A stretch of DNA of 64,000 bases from contig NW_027266264.1 of assembly GCF_022045235.1 (NCBI RefSeq), forward strand, positions 49,290,001 to 49,354,000. Reading direction: 5' to 3'. How positions within the stretch are numbered: the stretch's first letter is position 1; every line of letters starts with the position of its first letter. The position numbers were made by a program, and so were the translations under genes. This stretch comes from Haliotis cracherodii (taxonomy: Eukaryota). The notes beneath the pieces were generated by a model that saw only the letters and a list, made by a program, of their open reading frames with translations, made no database searches and was not told where the DNA came from. This document shows, piece after piece, positions 36,846-49,800 of the stretch.

Positions 36846-39800
36846 GTAAGTTATGATCATGTTCTTGTTGAACCGAGAAGATCCGGGTTAGAGTATGTCT
36901 TCAGCAAGTCGTAAGAGCCGAATATTCTTGTCGTAAGAAGCGACTTGCGGGATCGGGTGGTCAGGATCGCTAACTTGTTTGATGCATGTCATCGTGACAA
37001 ATTGCGTGGATAGATGTTCACGATATCAATCACTGGATTGTCTAGTCCAGACTCATTTATTTACATACCGCTGCCATATAGATGTAACATTGCTGGGTGC
37101 GGTGTTAAACAACAAACAAACAAACAAATATGTTTCTTGTTAACGTACTGCTATTTTCGTCATGTGTCTTATCAGTTTCCACCGTGTCAGTGTCACACGT
37201 GTGCCGACATTGTCAACGACCATCCTCAATACTTTGTGGTCGTGGCTCAACAGAATAGATCACTTGAATCATAAACTAGTTGGTTTAACTTCTTTGAGGG
37301 GCCCTTCAAAACCCGAATTAAAGAACATCAAAGCTCGGTTTCCAAATGTGACTCCAAGTCAGTTCTATGAGACAACATCCATGACAACCCCAGCCACAGG
37401 ATCCAGTGGGACAAAGTCAAAGCCCTCATCACCAACTTCAAAGACTTCAAAATCAGGAAACTCCAAGAAGCTATAAACATAAAAAGACTCCAACCATCAA
37501 TCACCCGTCATCAAGGCTGCTTCACCCCAACCCCCACCCCACCCCCACCCCCACCCCCACCCCCCTGCGTACCATCAACTCATCAAAGACCCCAATCAGT
37601 CATGATCCCTTTGTATATGCTGCTGGGTTCATCTGTCAAGATGTTTACCTTATATCCCCCGTCTTGTGTACATAACAGGCTTCTCCGCTCTATTGTAACT
37701 ACATCCCTATCTGCTCAACTGTACACTGCCTCATACCTGTATATATGCTCGTCAACCATATTGTGTACATGACTTGCTTGATAACGGTGTTAGAACCTAC
37801 ACCAGCACGTCGCCCTTATTTGTAATGAAGAAGTTGTTAATCGATATATCTTATCCTTACTTCGTTGGTACAGTACAGGTGGACAAACGCAGCCATGTAT
37901 TGTGTCCCCTAGTTGTGAAAGACACGTGATCCTGAATTCTGTGTCCTCTCAAAGTGGGTTATAGATGTCTACTGATATGTCTTTGTGTCACTACTCGATC
38001 TGCATCGGGTCATCAGGAGTACGACATAATCAATACAACTATGTCGCTAAATAATTTATTTTAAAAAACATCTCGTAAAAATATATTTTTGTGACAGACA
38101 ATATCTCCTTCTTTACCAACAGAGTGAAGCATAACTATATGTTTCAAGCATTTTCTGGGATTTATTTCTTCTTCGATCAAATGAAAAGTGTTTGAAATAT
38201 TTAACCGTATCTTTGACAATTTGACTTTAAATCTGTCATTCTCAGTTTCACGTCCTTTTAAATGGGATAGGTTAACATATGGTGTTCAGGTGCCTTAAAT
38301 TTTAACTCACTGTAACGACATATGTTAATCTATGAAAATACTTGAAAAATACATTCACTATCTTAAAAGAGTTAGATGCTGTGTCTACAGACTAGCAGAC
38401 ATGCTTAAATTCACCAGTCGGAATGTTACTAAAATTCTGAAATACTACCCACGCCAAACTGAGGCACCGAGCTTAACCATGTGGGGAATCGGACCTTGGA
38501 TTTCCGAACATCCGTGCCTCATACTACCCACCACAACCAGGTGTATTTTGCCACGGTATAGCTGGAATATATGCTGACTGGGTTTTATCGAAAAAATAAA
38601 TTGTTCCCGAAACTTCTGGAAAAAATATTGCCTGACACAAAATTTACATTGTTGCAAGTTGTTTTCTTTTTAAAAAGTCAGGCTAATAGTTTTAAGTACA
38701 AGATATATGGTGTGTAGCTGTAGCTGAAGAAATACCTGATCTCGATAAAAACTCCCAGACCCACAACTACCAGAATAACAAATGGTCGTGCCCCAACAGA
38801 AATGATATACTGTAAACTACCTTTATAACGAACACGCTTATAACGAACTGACCTATATAACGAACATAATTTTTATTCCCGGCTATTTGTTGTTATTGTG
38901 ATGTAGATATGCTTATAACGAACTACGGTTATTACGAACTAAAATCAGTGGTCCCTTTGACTTTGTTATAACCGTAGTTTACTGTATTTAAAACTGATCT
39001 TAAGGATTATGTTCTTATTGAGGGCACATACTACGGACACACCGACACAGGCATGTGCCAGTACAACCCACCAAGCCTGCCACCAGCAGCCCTCAGCCCC
39101 AAAATAAAGTATACAGTAGCTCTCAACAAACCACAGTTCCAAGACTCTTTCGGATGCGGAATGTGTTTCAAGGTAAACGTACTTGTCTCACATGGAATGT
39201 CATGTACTGTGATTACATGTTAAGCATGCCTCATTTCAGAGGTAAAGATGTTAAATTTCGGGATAACACTGATGTTTACAATTTTCTGTATCAACGGACT
39301 ATGTTTCCTATATATGGCTAAATACATTTTACTATGTACAGACGCCACTCATATAATCGTCCGTAAGACCGTTGTCCGGTTTATCGAGGTTTTGTTGAAA
39401 TTTCCCCTTTCAGTGCTGCTTCCATGATGATAACGCAGAATGGATGTAAGGCACTATCACGCTTGAATCAGTGTTCTCAGTCCATATGATAACTATAATG
39501 TGTGTGATGTTCTCTTTGTAAACGAAGTCTACAATGTATGAAGCTATTAGTGAGGGATGTTTTATAACTGTTGATATGATTTCCCAATGCAGGTTCATGG
39601 GTCGGGGAAAGGCTCTGGAAACAGTCCCATCACAGGGGATTTCTTCGTCTTTGCAAACAACCTGTGTCCAGAGTGTCATGCTGGTCAGTAAATGTGTGTT
39701 TGTTGTTTAACGCCACACTTAGCAGTATTTCAGCTTCATGACGGCGGTCTGTAAATAATCGAGTCTGGACTAGACAATCCAGTGACTGACATCATGACCA

Positions 39801-42800
39801 TTGATCCTCGTAATTGGGATCGATGACATGTATCAACCGAGTCAGCGAGCTTGACCACCCGATCCCGTTAGTCGCCTCTTACGACAAGCACGGTCGCCTT
39901 TTACGGCAAGGATGGATTTCTGAAGACCCTTTCTACCCCGGAACAAGTACCATCTTCTAACGTCTTTTGGTATGACGCGGCCGGGGATCGAACCCCGGAC
40001 CTTCCGCTCTCCGGGCGGACGCTCTACCACTAGACCACGGAGGCAGTCTACTGATGATAAGGAATTGTAATGGAAATAAATAGTAAATAAATAACTGTTA
40101 GGTTCAGTGGATATTAGAGTGAGTGAGTGAGTTGGGTTTAACGCCGCTTCCAGTTATATCACGGTGTGTCAGCTTAATGTGGGAGGAAAGCCCGAAGTGA
40201 TGCAGGTCTCAGACGTTTATCACTTCGGTGAAACCCAGGAGCACGGATATGAAACTGACAAACCTAGAAATCTAATCGGGGCAAGCCCACAATCATAGGT
40301 TTATGGCGTGCCCAATGAACGCCACTCTGCGCAGCGAATCGCGGCGCCCTTGACCACTGAGCCACCCGTGCCCCCATCAGCACTGGATATTTCATGGGCA
40401 AGAACGACACTGATGTCAAAGAGTCCGGAGTGAGAGTGTCCATGCAGTGCTTTTGTTAGCCACATGTATATAATTACTTTTGTTTGTCCCAAGAAGCAAC
40501 ACCCTGGGAAGACTAAGTCCCAAGTACCATGCATCCAGTGGAACCGATTTAAAATGAGAATCGGGTACAAAGTATGACATCAATGTTTGTGTGCCATCGT
40601 ACCCAAATCTGTGGATCGTTGCTCATACATTACAAAACTGGCTTGCCTTATCCGTACAAGATGGTTTCCTTACAGGTCTCTGGGATATAGTATGTCAAAC
40701 TCGGCCAACGTCTCAACACCTAGCATTACCTAAAGTTCTTTCGGACTACCTTTAGAATACAGTACCACAAACTTTCAAACACGTGACATTACCCTGTGAC
40801 GTAATTTGTAGTATTTTGTACTTTCATAGCGCTTTGTGCGTGTATGTATATGAATGCTAGACACATTACATGCGTCTGTGCTTGTTTTTAAAGGCGACTG
40901 CCTCCTGGTCTAGTGGTAGAGCGCCCGCCCTGGTTATGGAAGCCCCCTAGGTTCTATCCCCTGCCGCGTCATACCAAAATACGTTTAAGTATGGTACTTG
41001 TTGTTACTCTGCCAGGCGCTCGGCATTAGGGGGCTAAAAAAAGGACTGGTCGGCTCGGAGTTGGTATTCAATGTCTTAGGGCGGTGTCCATGTTAAACTG
41101 CGGCACGGAATCTCAGTGGGTCATCACTCTAAACTCGGCATTAGTCCGGAGTAGTACAAGCAGCTACAAACACGTGCATGCGCGTCGCTATATTTGTGCA
41201 ATAATCTTCAACCCGACATTGAACTTATTTCACCTTACAGTAAGAAGCGACAAAATGGATCGGGTGGTCAGGCTCGGTGACTTCCTTGATTGATGTCCTC
41301 GTATCCCAATTAGGTGGGTCGATGCTCATGATATCAATCCCTGGATTGTCTGGTCCAGACTCAATTATTTACAGACCGCCATCTTATAGCTGGAATATTG
41401 CTGAGTGCGGCGTTAAACAAATAAAACAATCAATCAATCAGACAAGCAAACATGAGATACGAGAGTGAATTCCAATTATCCATTGATGTTTAAACCGATA
41501 AGATCCATGATATAAACATGCTTCCAGGATCTCTGGACTTTGCCGTGTCTGGAGACGGACGCTGGAACATAGAGATCCAAGCCGTGCAGTGTCCAGTTGG
41601 AAATACTAAGATTGAATACAAGTTCCAGGGTACAAACCCGTACTACATCAAACTGCAAGTCAGAAACGCCCGGTAAGTGCCCTGAGGTTTATGTCTGTAG
41701 AAAATACACTCGAAGATAACAATACATAATTTGTAATGGGCAAATTAAAAAACAGTAATGAGAAGTTCTGGTGATATTTTAGAGCCCCCAAATTATTGAC
41801 ATAAGGCTAGGGCGTGAAATAGGAAACGAAACATTGGCTTGACATATACTTACAAATAGTGACATTGGTACATTGACATAGACATAGATACACAGAGACC
41901 CGTGAAGATCCGGGCTAGAATAGGTCTCCATCAACCCATGCTTGCCGTATAAGGCGACTAACGGGATCAGGTAGTCAGGCTCGGTGACTTGGTTGATGCA
42001 TGTCATCGTATCCCAATTGCATGGATCGATGCTCATGATGTCAATGACTGGATTGACTGGTGCAGACTCGATTATTTACAGACCGCCGTCATATAGCTGG
42101 AATAGTGCCGCGTTAAACAAGAGTGAGTGAGTGAGTTGGGTTTAACGCCGCTTTTTAACATTATTCCAATTATATCACGGCGTGTCAGCTTAATGTGGGA
42201 TGAAAGCCCGAAATGATGCAGGTCTCAGACGTTTATCACTTCGGTGAAACCCACGAGCACGGGTATGGTGCTGACAAACCTAGAAACATAATCGGGGCGA
42301 ACCGGGATTCGAAACCATAATCATAGGTTTCATAGGTTAAACAAGAGTGAGTTTGGTTTTACGCCGCTTTTAGCAATATTCCAGCAATATCACGGCGGGT
42401 ACACCAGAAATGGGCTTCACACATTGTACCCATGTCGGGATTCGAAACCGGGTCTTCGGCGTGACGAGCGAACGCTTTAACCACTAGGCTACCCCCCCTC
42501 CATTGATATAGAGACGCGGATATATGTACAAGGACATAAATATAGAAATTGTGGCACATAGCCTCGGGCATACACGAAGAATGATCACGTTGCATTCTGC
42601 AGCTGTCAAACTAACAGAGTAGGCTGATCATTTGAAATTTTATTTCGAATGGTTTTTGTTTTGTGCTTGTCATTTATCTTTCTCCTATGGCACGCACTTG
42701 TCTGAAATTGTTCTTTATAAACAGGACATGCGTTTTATAGCTATAAGATTAAACTGTATCTGTTAGAATACCGGTCACCGAAGCTGAAATGATGCAGGGC

Positions 42801-43208
42801 GGACATTACGTCAGCATGAAGCACACCGCCGATGGATTCTGGGAACTTTCAAACGGACATCAAGTGGACCAAACTGGTGGTGTTCCTGTGAAGCTGACAG
42901 CAGCCAATGGAGATACAGTCACTGACATCATTCCCAACTTGAGTGAGTTCTCCTGAACCTTCATTATCCCGAACCTACTAGTATCAATTCGTGTTAATCT
43001 GGAGAGCTTAATACATTCGGGTAACATATTTCATATATAAAGTCTCAATATTCATCTGGTCCATGTTTATGTCATAGGGAATATCTATTCTGTCTTTAAA
43101 AATCCTTGCACTCAACAATGATAATGTCTTTTTTCAGATAATAATGTGGTTTTACATGGCAAAAACCAGGTGCAGTTTAAGCTTGACCCCAGCCTACCCA
43201 CGGCATAG
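36753..43208 (+). CDS. Expansin-like protein (EXLX/YoaJ type, DPBB + CBM63), copy 1, 6 exons, 241 aa, secreted
   Basis: Exons 36753-36845, 39023-39172, 39593-39683, 41528-41672, 42767-42942, 43138-43208 total 726 nt, open frame. Motifs GDGTYY, VALN..QF...[42 protein letters not shown] at 43262. Confidence 0.9.
36873..37128 (+). mobile_element. Family A copy
   Basis: Homology to other copies. Confidence 0.8.
37275..37862 (+). mobile_element. Penelope-like element 3' part (GIY-YIG C-terminus + terminal repeat) in expansin-like 1 intron 1
   Basis: KTRIKEH...HRIQWDKVKALI...RKLQEAINIKRLQPSITRHQG; 37770-37862 matches the repeat at 59030-59121. Confidence 0.72.
38810..38984. mobile_element. Tc1/pogo-type MITE with internal tataacgaac repeats
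   Basis: TA|ctgtaaactac ... gtagtttactg|TA. Confidence 0.8.
39023..39172 (+). CDS. Expansin-like 1 exon 2
   Basis: GTYYGHTDTGMCQYNPPSLPPAALSPKIKYTVALNKPQFQDSFGCGMCFK|gtaaac. Confidence 0.88.
39593..39683 (+). CDS. Expansin-like 1 exon 3
   Basis: VHGSGKGSGNSPITGDFFVFANNLCPECHA; 91 nt as in copy 2. Confidence 0.9.
39696..40048 (-). mobile_element. Chimeric SINE: family D tRNA-like head (40048-39942) fused to family A body
   Basis: A box TGGTCTAGTGG and B box GGTTCGATCCC, then directly ccggggtagaaagggtcttcag of family A. Confidence 0.75.
40117..40376 (-). mobile_element. Family B SINE
   Basis: Homology to other copies. Confidence 0.85.
40896..41440 (+). mobile_element. Full-length family D tRNA-SINE (40896-41235) followed by 5'-truncated family A copy
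   Basis: tRNA-like head, body shared with 22536-22795, tail ...tttcacct, then family A from gtaagaagcgac. Confidence 0.8.
41528..41672 (+). CDS. Expansin-like 1 exon 4
   Basis: [48 protein letters not shown]; 145 nt as in copy 2. Confidence 0.9.
41899..42498. mobile_element. SINE pile-up: family A (+, 41899-42120), family B (-, 42121-42335), family C (-, 42345-42498)
   Basis: Homology to other copies; gttaaacaagagtgagt duplicated at 42112 and 42336. Confidence 0.85.
42767..42942 (+). CDS. Expansin-like 1 exon 5
   Basis: [58 protein letters not shown]|gtgagt. Confidence 0.88.
43138..43208 (+). CDS. Expansin-like 1 exon 6 (terminal)
   Basis: Acceptor ttttcag; NNVVLHGKNQVQFKLDPSLPTA*; followed by AATAAA 43262-43267. 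Confidence 0.82.
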
Positions 43209-43522
43209 AGATGCATGTGGCATATGTGTTGTGTCTTAACAAGCATTACCATTCTCCATACAATAAAAGATTGTACGTACCGAGTTCTTCTTATTGATTT
43301 GTTTATAACATTATTCTGGGTCCTTTAAAGTGAGTGAATAAGAGGAAAGCCATGGTGGCGCAAGTCGTAGACGTTTGTCACTTTCATAAAATCCACATAA
43401 ATGGTGGTGACAGATGAAGAATAAAACTTTTAAACCAATGAATTTGGATCGTTGAACATATGAGTGATACAAGACTTCTCTGCCCCGGGGCCGATAAAGC
43501 GCTCAGATCTAAGACATGTATT

Positions 43523-44865
43523 TATTCTGAACCACAAAAGAAACGTCATCCCAAGTAATATTGCATGAAAAGTTGTCATTCAAATGTCTAAAATTTAACA
43601 TTACCTTGTCAGGAAAAATGAAAAACAAAGCAGATGACAATAAAAACGACCGCCCAAACGCATCACGGCAACGGCCATGGTAACCCGATGCACGTGAGTT
43701 CCGTGCAAATTGAAATGCACATGCGTTCCCCCATTTCTTGACCTATAAAAATCCACCTAGATCGGATAACATTCATTCGTTTGTTTGTTAACGCCGCACT
43801 TAGCAATATGCCAGCTATATGGCGGCGGGTGTAAATAATCGAGTCTGGACCAGACAATCCAGTGATTTACATTCGTTATTGAATTGCTACCACATGCCAA
43901 GATTGACAAGAAATCAGCGACACCAAGTCCTTGGACGATTGCAAACTGGACAAAACACCCGGCAAGTAGCCAAAGCTTTTCAAGTCCACGTAAGGTCATA
44001 TACAGGCTCCAGCAACGGGACCAGACCACCAACACTACAGATGACTGACCACGTAGTGGAAGACAAAGGGTCACCACCCGTCGTCATGATCGTCAGATTG
44101 TGTGACAGCATCTTCAAGATCGCTTTGTTACTGCTGCGGAAACTGCTCGTCAGACCATGGGGAAACACCAGCGACACATTAGTGCAGACACCGTGCGTCG
44201 ACGATTGACGAGCAGACACCTCCACTGTCACAGACTCGTTGGGTGGTCCGAGCATCATGGGTGGGGTGGAATTGGTATTGCACAGAGGGTCGGCCCTGTG
44301 GTCTTTTTTTTCCAGAACATCGGTCCAGGGAGAGGCAATGGTGTCACAGCAGCTCGGTACATTGGTCAAGTCTTGAGACCACACGCCATACCTCATTTGG
44401 CACGTCGCCGCAACCACAAGTTTCAGCATGATAACGCCCGTGCCCCATGCAGTGGCCTGCCATCAGTCCCGATTTAAATCTCATTGAGCACGTCTGAGAC
44501 GAGATTCAAAGGCGGCTGAATGACGCCCGACCAAGGCCGACAACTGCAGCTGAATTGCGTCAGGCGTTCCTCAGATTGTGGGCACAAGTGCCTGTGGCCT
44601 TCATCAACCGCCTCATCCATTCCATGTATCGACGCTGCACGGCAGTCATCAAGGCACATGGCGGACACACGAGATACTGACTGGTGATGCCATTTTCTCA
44701 GAGACTAGTGATGTGTTTCACTTTAAAAATATTTGACACTTTAATTTCAACCTTGATAATCAGTTTTGCCAAGTTTCATCTTTTTAATATGTCTCAAAGT
44801 ATGTTTACAGTGTTTGGTTTCTCATATATCTATCCACGGTGACGTTTCTTTTGCGGTTCATTATA
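43523..44865 (+). mobile_element. Tc1-like DNA transposon, degenerate, between the expansin-like genes
   Basis: TIRs tgaaccrcaaaagaaacgtca; transposase from ATG 43894 (MPRLTRNQR) via FQHDNAR and SPDLNLIEH to GGHTRY* 44680; frameshifts and deletions. Confidence 0.88.
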
Positions 44866-45424
44866 TATACTAAGTAAAGTTTTATTGTTTCTTTGACGCT
44901 GGCGGTAATAACACCAGACTGCTATTCCATTACAGGAAAACATTTTAAACTTCAATCATGTTATAATAACCATGTTATGAAAATAATAAAGATCAGTATT
45001 TACAACTGCATACGTCACGATAGACAATCTCACTGTCATTCACATTTGAGTAAAGAAGCAAAATAATGTGGGCTACACATACTAAGTTAAGGTCAATTCT
45101 TCAAATACTGTAAAACATTGCAAATATTCAAATTGAGTAGTTGACATTTGTTGCGTAGATGAAGTGAATGTCTATCGGTCTGATTAAAAGCGGGGGAAAA
45201 AATGATCGAAAGCCATGTCCATTGTTCGATTTCGACACTATCATAAGCATACCATATATACATATAACATTCCCGTATACAGTTTTAATCAATTGGTCTT
45301 GGAAACAAATTAATAAACCTCCAATTGATATCCGTTTTTGAAATAACATACGTCACCGTCTATAAGAGGAACGTGCGCGTAACTCAGATGTAATCATACT
45401 TGGCGCATCGTCGAAAGAACATTT

Positions 45425-45935
45425 GCGTGACTTCGAGTTAGTCATGTTTGTCGCTAAATCACAAGAACATCACAGTGACCTCGAGTTAGTCATGTTTGTC
45501 GCTACATCACAAGAACATTCCAGGGACTTCGCGTTTTTCATGGTTGTAGCTTCATCGCGAGAACATCACAGTGACTTCGAGTTATCCATTTGTGTCCCTT
45601 CATCACTAGAGCATCACAGTGACTTCGAGTTATCCATGTGTGTCACTTTATCACTAGAGCATCACAGTGACTTCGAGTTAGTCATGTTTGTCTCAACATC
45701 ACAGGAACACCACAGTGACTTCGAGTTAGTCATGTTTGTCGCTACATTACAGGAACACCACAGTGACTTCGAGTTATTCATGTCTGTCGCTACATTACAG
45801 GAACACCACAGTGACTTCGAGTTAGTCATGTTTGTTGCTACATCACAGTAACACCACAGTGACTTCGAGTTATTCGTGTGTGTATCTTCATCACGAGAAC
45901 ATCACAGTGACTTCAATTTAGTCACGTTTGTCGCT
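45425..45935. repeat. 48-bp minisatellite, about 10.5 copies
   Basis: gtgacttcgagttagtcatgtttgtcgctacatcacaagaacatcaca units. Confidence 0.9.
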
Positions 45936-46721
45936 AACTATATCTATCTGTATTCAATTCACCAACGTTATTTTATTTTTTCCAAAACCAGACCAAATAC
46001 AAGTATATATTTCTGTAAATTGTTTGCTGTGTTTATTACCGTCTCGATTATGGCAGATAATACCGTGTTCTAACAAGGTTCAAAATATAAATTAACCGAT
46101 TTTGTATTGGCAGAACAAGAACAATGCTTATTTCTGAGGCATTAAAGAGTTTAACCTGAACTGGTCTTCACTGACAAAAACAATAAACATTAAAGAACGG
46201 AAAACCATTACGTTGGTGAAATTAATGACACTGGCGTTTAAACTGTTCTACTTTCAGCTTAGCCATACGGTCGTCGCGGTTGACTTCTCTTCAAACTTTC
46301 ACGTACTTCCCTTGATGATATAGTTTGAGTTTGAATGAAAAAAACACATGTTTTTCCAACCCACGAGTCTCTACTGCAAACTGAAAATATGAACGCTGTC
46401 TAGGTTTAAGATCTGAAAAAAGAAACGCGCCGCCCTTCTTTACATTTTGAGACAAGAGGTACGTGAAAATAAACATTCTTCAAAGTAGCCAAGTTGCCCC
46501 TCGAAATTTGATTTGTGTCCGCTGATAATCCCCCCATTTCCTCCCTGTGTGATGTTCCGTCGCGGAAAAAACATTCAGCATTTAGCTCCCATGTCTGAAT
46601 CACATTGTAAACATGGCTAATGCAGGGAGATTATATAAGTCCATGGTTGTTCTATCAGCATCGCAAAATTGAAAATCTCCATATCGCTAAGAGTAGTTTT
46701 GGATCTAAAGGGCTATTCATC

Positions 46722-46823
46722 ATGGATATTATTATAGCTGCAGTCATAATGTGTTGTTTGGGAAGTGTTCAGGCCTACAACAAAGCCGTTCTCAGTCTGT
46801 ATGTTCAGAGATTCAGTGGGGAG
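46722..46823 (+). CDS. Expansin-like 2 exon 1 (signal peptide)
   Basis: [34 protein letters not shown]|gtaagt; TATA-like ttatataag at about 46631. Confidence 0.85.
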
Positions 46824-49800
46824 GTAAGTGTTTAAAAAAATAAACCACGCTTAACAAGTCAATGCATTCGCTCGGACATTAGTGTTCAGTTTTGTTGGTG
46901 TAAAATATTTAATTCAATGTGTTGATCTATTTGTAAGAAAGATATCTTTACGTGTCGCGTCACTGTATGTTGTAGGGGACCTACGTCGGAAGAGGACAAA
47001 CCGGGGCGTGTCAGATGGGGCCGGACTTCCCACCTGTTGCTACACATCCTCGGATCAAGAGCCTGGTGGCTATAAATGCGGAACAGTACTCGGGATCTAT
47101 TGCCTGTGGCATGTGCTTCAGGGTAGGCTTTCTTTCTATGAACTAATCAAAGTCAGTAGTTATCATTCTGTAAAACAACACTTTAAATGTATCTGTGTCT
47201 TTAAAATAGTTCGTGGTGTTTGTTCTTGCAGGTGCGGGGTAAAGGGGTGGGTACAGGATCAGACCCCATACAAGGAGACTTCTACGTATTTGTCAACGAC
47301 ATTTGCCCAGAATGTAAAGAAGGTACGTAACGCGTAACCCTGAGGGGCAGCCCCAAGTGGTTTATTCTCCCTGCAGTGTTTTATTGTACGGCAAACAACG
47401 ACCATGAGTCGTTTATTTCTTATATATCGACATTATATACAGCCTTTTTAGTGATATATACAACAAAGAAGAACAAAGCGTGGCTATTTTTTACCTTGAA
47501 ACATTGTTATTAGCGGGAAATACAGCACTCATACCCCCTTCCCCGTTCATAAATGGACCTCATTGCCGAGGTCGGATTGTATTCAGGGAGTCATGACTTT
47601 TTGAATACAGGTAATTGTTTTTAAAGCTTGAACAGTTTATTAAAATCCTAAAGAGGTTGTACATAATGCTGATATCACATATGAGACATACACGACTCAT
47701 GGCCGTTGTCCATCACATATGCGCCCCTCATGGTTTATTCTCCCTGCAGTGTTTTATTGCACGATAAGCAACTCCCAATCGTCGTTTATTTCTTAAATAT
47801 AAGATAGCTGCGCTAGAACGAAGGGTGGTTTATTTCACGATAAAACATGTTCTTTCATGACGTCATTTCTGCAGATTCGAACATTCGCTGACAACTTGAT
47901 GACGTCGTAAATTGGACCACGTTATTTTTGAGAGAGAAGTGTCTAGTGAGTTGTTCCCCATAGATGTAGCTGGGCAACGCAGATGAACGCAATGACCGAA
48001 CGACCACATTCAAAAGCGGGAGAGAGATATGAAATCGGTATTGAGAGGAAAGTTACACGGAATCGACGTGAGGATTGTGAGAATATGCGGGAAATACCCA
48101 GTTGTCCTTTAAATGCACTGGTCCGACATTGCCGAGATCCGATAGTATTCAGGGAGTCCTCATCATTTGCATACTTGTAGATAGTTTGTGAAAACTTGTA
48201 CATAATGTTATAAGGTTAAAAATGCATCTCAAAAACATTAGAAAATGGTAACAAATAAAACCGTTATAGCTGCGTTAGTTGCGTTAGATATAGTTTGTGA
48301 CAGAACTTTTAGTTTGAAAGGAATCAATATATAAAAGACATTTCATATTTATCACAAGTGTATTCTGAACATTTCATAATTGTCATTGGATTGGTTCCTG
48401 GTTATCGTCCTTTAGGTAATGAAACAAATAGAGAGTTTCAAGGTATATTTCATTTGGAGCTTCCGGATGCGAGTCACAAAATCAACAGAGAGATGAACAA
48501 TCTGGCACGTAGGCTTCTGTATTTTTCCGATTACGACACACATGAGTTCATGGTCAGATCTAACATTTAACGAATCAAAATGAGGTATTGTGACATGTGA
48601 CTAGGACAGGCCAGGCCCGAACACTATAAAATGATATCTTCAACATTAGGAGATCGATCGAGTCGAATCCCGATCGTTCTAAGTTTTCCCCATTTAGTAA
48701 CGAGTCTGGCCGGTCTGATCCTGTCCTGTATTGATGGATGGGCTGAGAGTAAGTAAAACTATGTGAGTATAAAGCTGGTGTTGCGTTTCTTTATTATGCG
48801 AGTATGAATGTTGATGGAGACAACTTTGAGTAAGCGTCTTTAGACCAAGCACTCCTTGACGGAACTGAGCCGATGCTCACCAGGCGAGTTGCACAGTCAT
48901 GGCTTAACTGACCATGAGGACCAGGAACGGCAATACATTTAGTAACTGTAGTAGGGTCGCACTTGACGCCCGAAAGCAGTTACGACAATAACATGTATTA
49001 TTAACATTCTTAAAAATTCTCAAAATATACATAAACGACTCGTGGTCGTTGTTTATCGTACAATAAAACTCTGCAGGGACAATAGGTTACGATAAACAAC
49101 TCCTTCTCGTTGTGCCCTCCCTTTCATAACCGTGTTCGTGGGTTTGTGTACCCTTGTTAGTCTGTGTCTTTCTTTGTCTGTGTGTGTATCCCCATCTTTG
49201 TCTGTCGCCCCCTGTGTGTATCCCTATCTTTCTCGGCTTCCGTCTCTGTGTGTGTACCCTTATTAGTCTGTGTCTTTCTTTGTCTGTCACCCTCTGTGTG
49301 TGCATCCCCATCTTTGTCTGTCGCCCTCTGTGTGTGTGTGTGTGTACCCTTGTTAGTCTGTGTCTTTCTTTGTCTGTCGCCCTCTGTGTGTGTGTGTGTG
49401 TGTGTGTGTACCCTTGTTAGTCTGTGTCTTTCTTTGTCTGTCGCCCTCTGTGTGTGTGTGTACCCTTGTTAGTCTGTGTCTTTCTTTGTCTGTCGCCCTC
49501 TGTGTGTGTGTACCCTTGTTAGTCTGTGTCTTTCTTTGTCTGTCACCCTCTGTGTGTGTGTGTGTACCCTTGTGAATCTGGGTCTCCCTTTAACTGCCTT
49601 CTTCTGTGTGTGCATCCCCATCTTTGTCTGTCGCCCAGTGTGTGTGTACCCTTGTTGTCTGTGTCTCTTTTTGTCTGCGTCCCTCTCTCAGTGTGTACCT
49701 TTGTTAGTCTGTGTCTCTCATTAACTGCCTCCTTCTGTGTGTACCCCTTTCTTTGTCTACGTGGGTGTACCCTTGTTAGTCTGTATCTCTCTTTTTCTGC

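Noticed and set aside
24182-43208. Bacterial contamination as source of the beta-lactamase and expansin genes
   Set aside because: Both have multiple phase-consistent spliceosomal introns filled with host repeats.
45423-45851. 142-aa repeat protein (HHSDFELVMFVATSQE)n, or a CRISPR-like array
   Set aside because: Translation of a 48-bp tandem repeat; non-ATG start, a stop in a later unit, and the variable parts are homologous rather than unique spacers.
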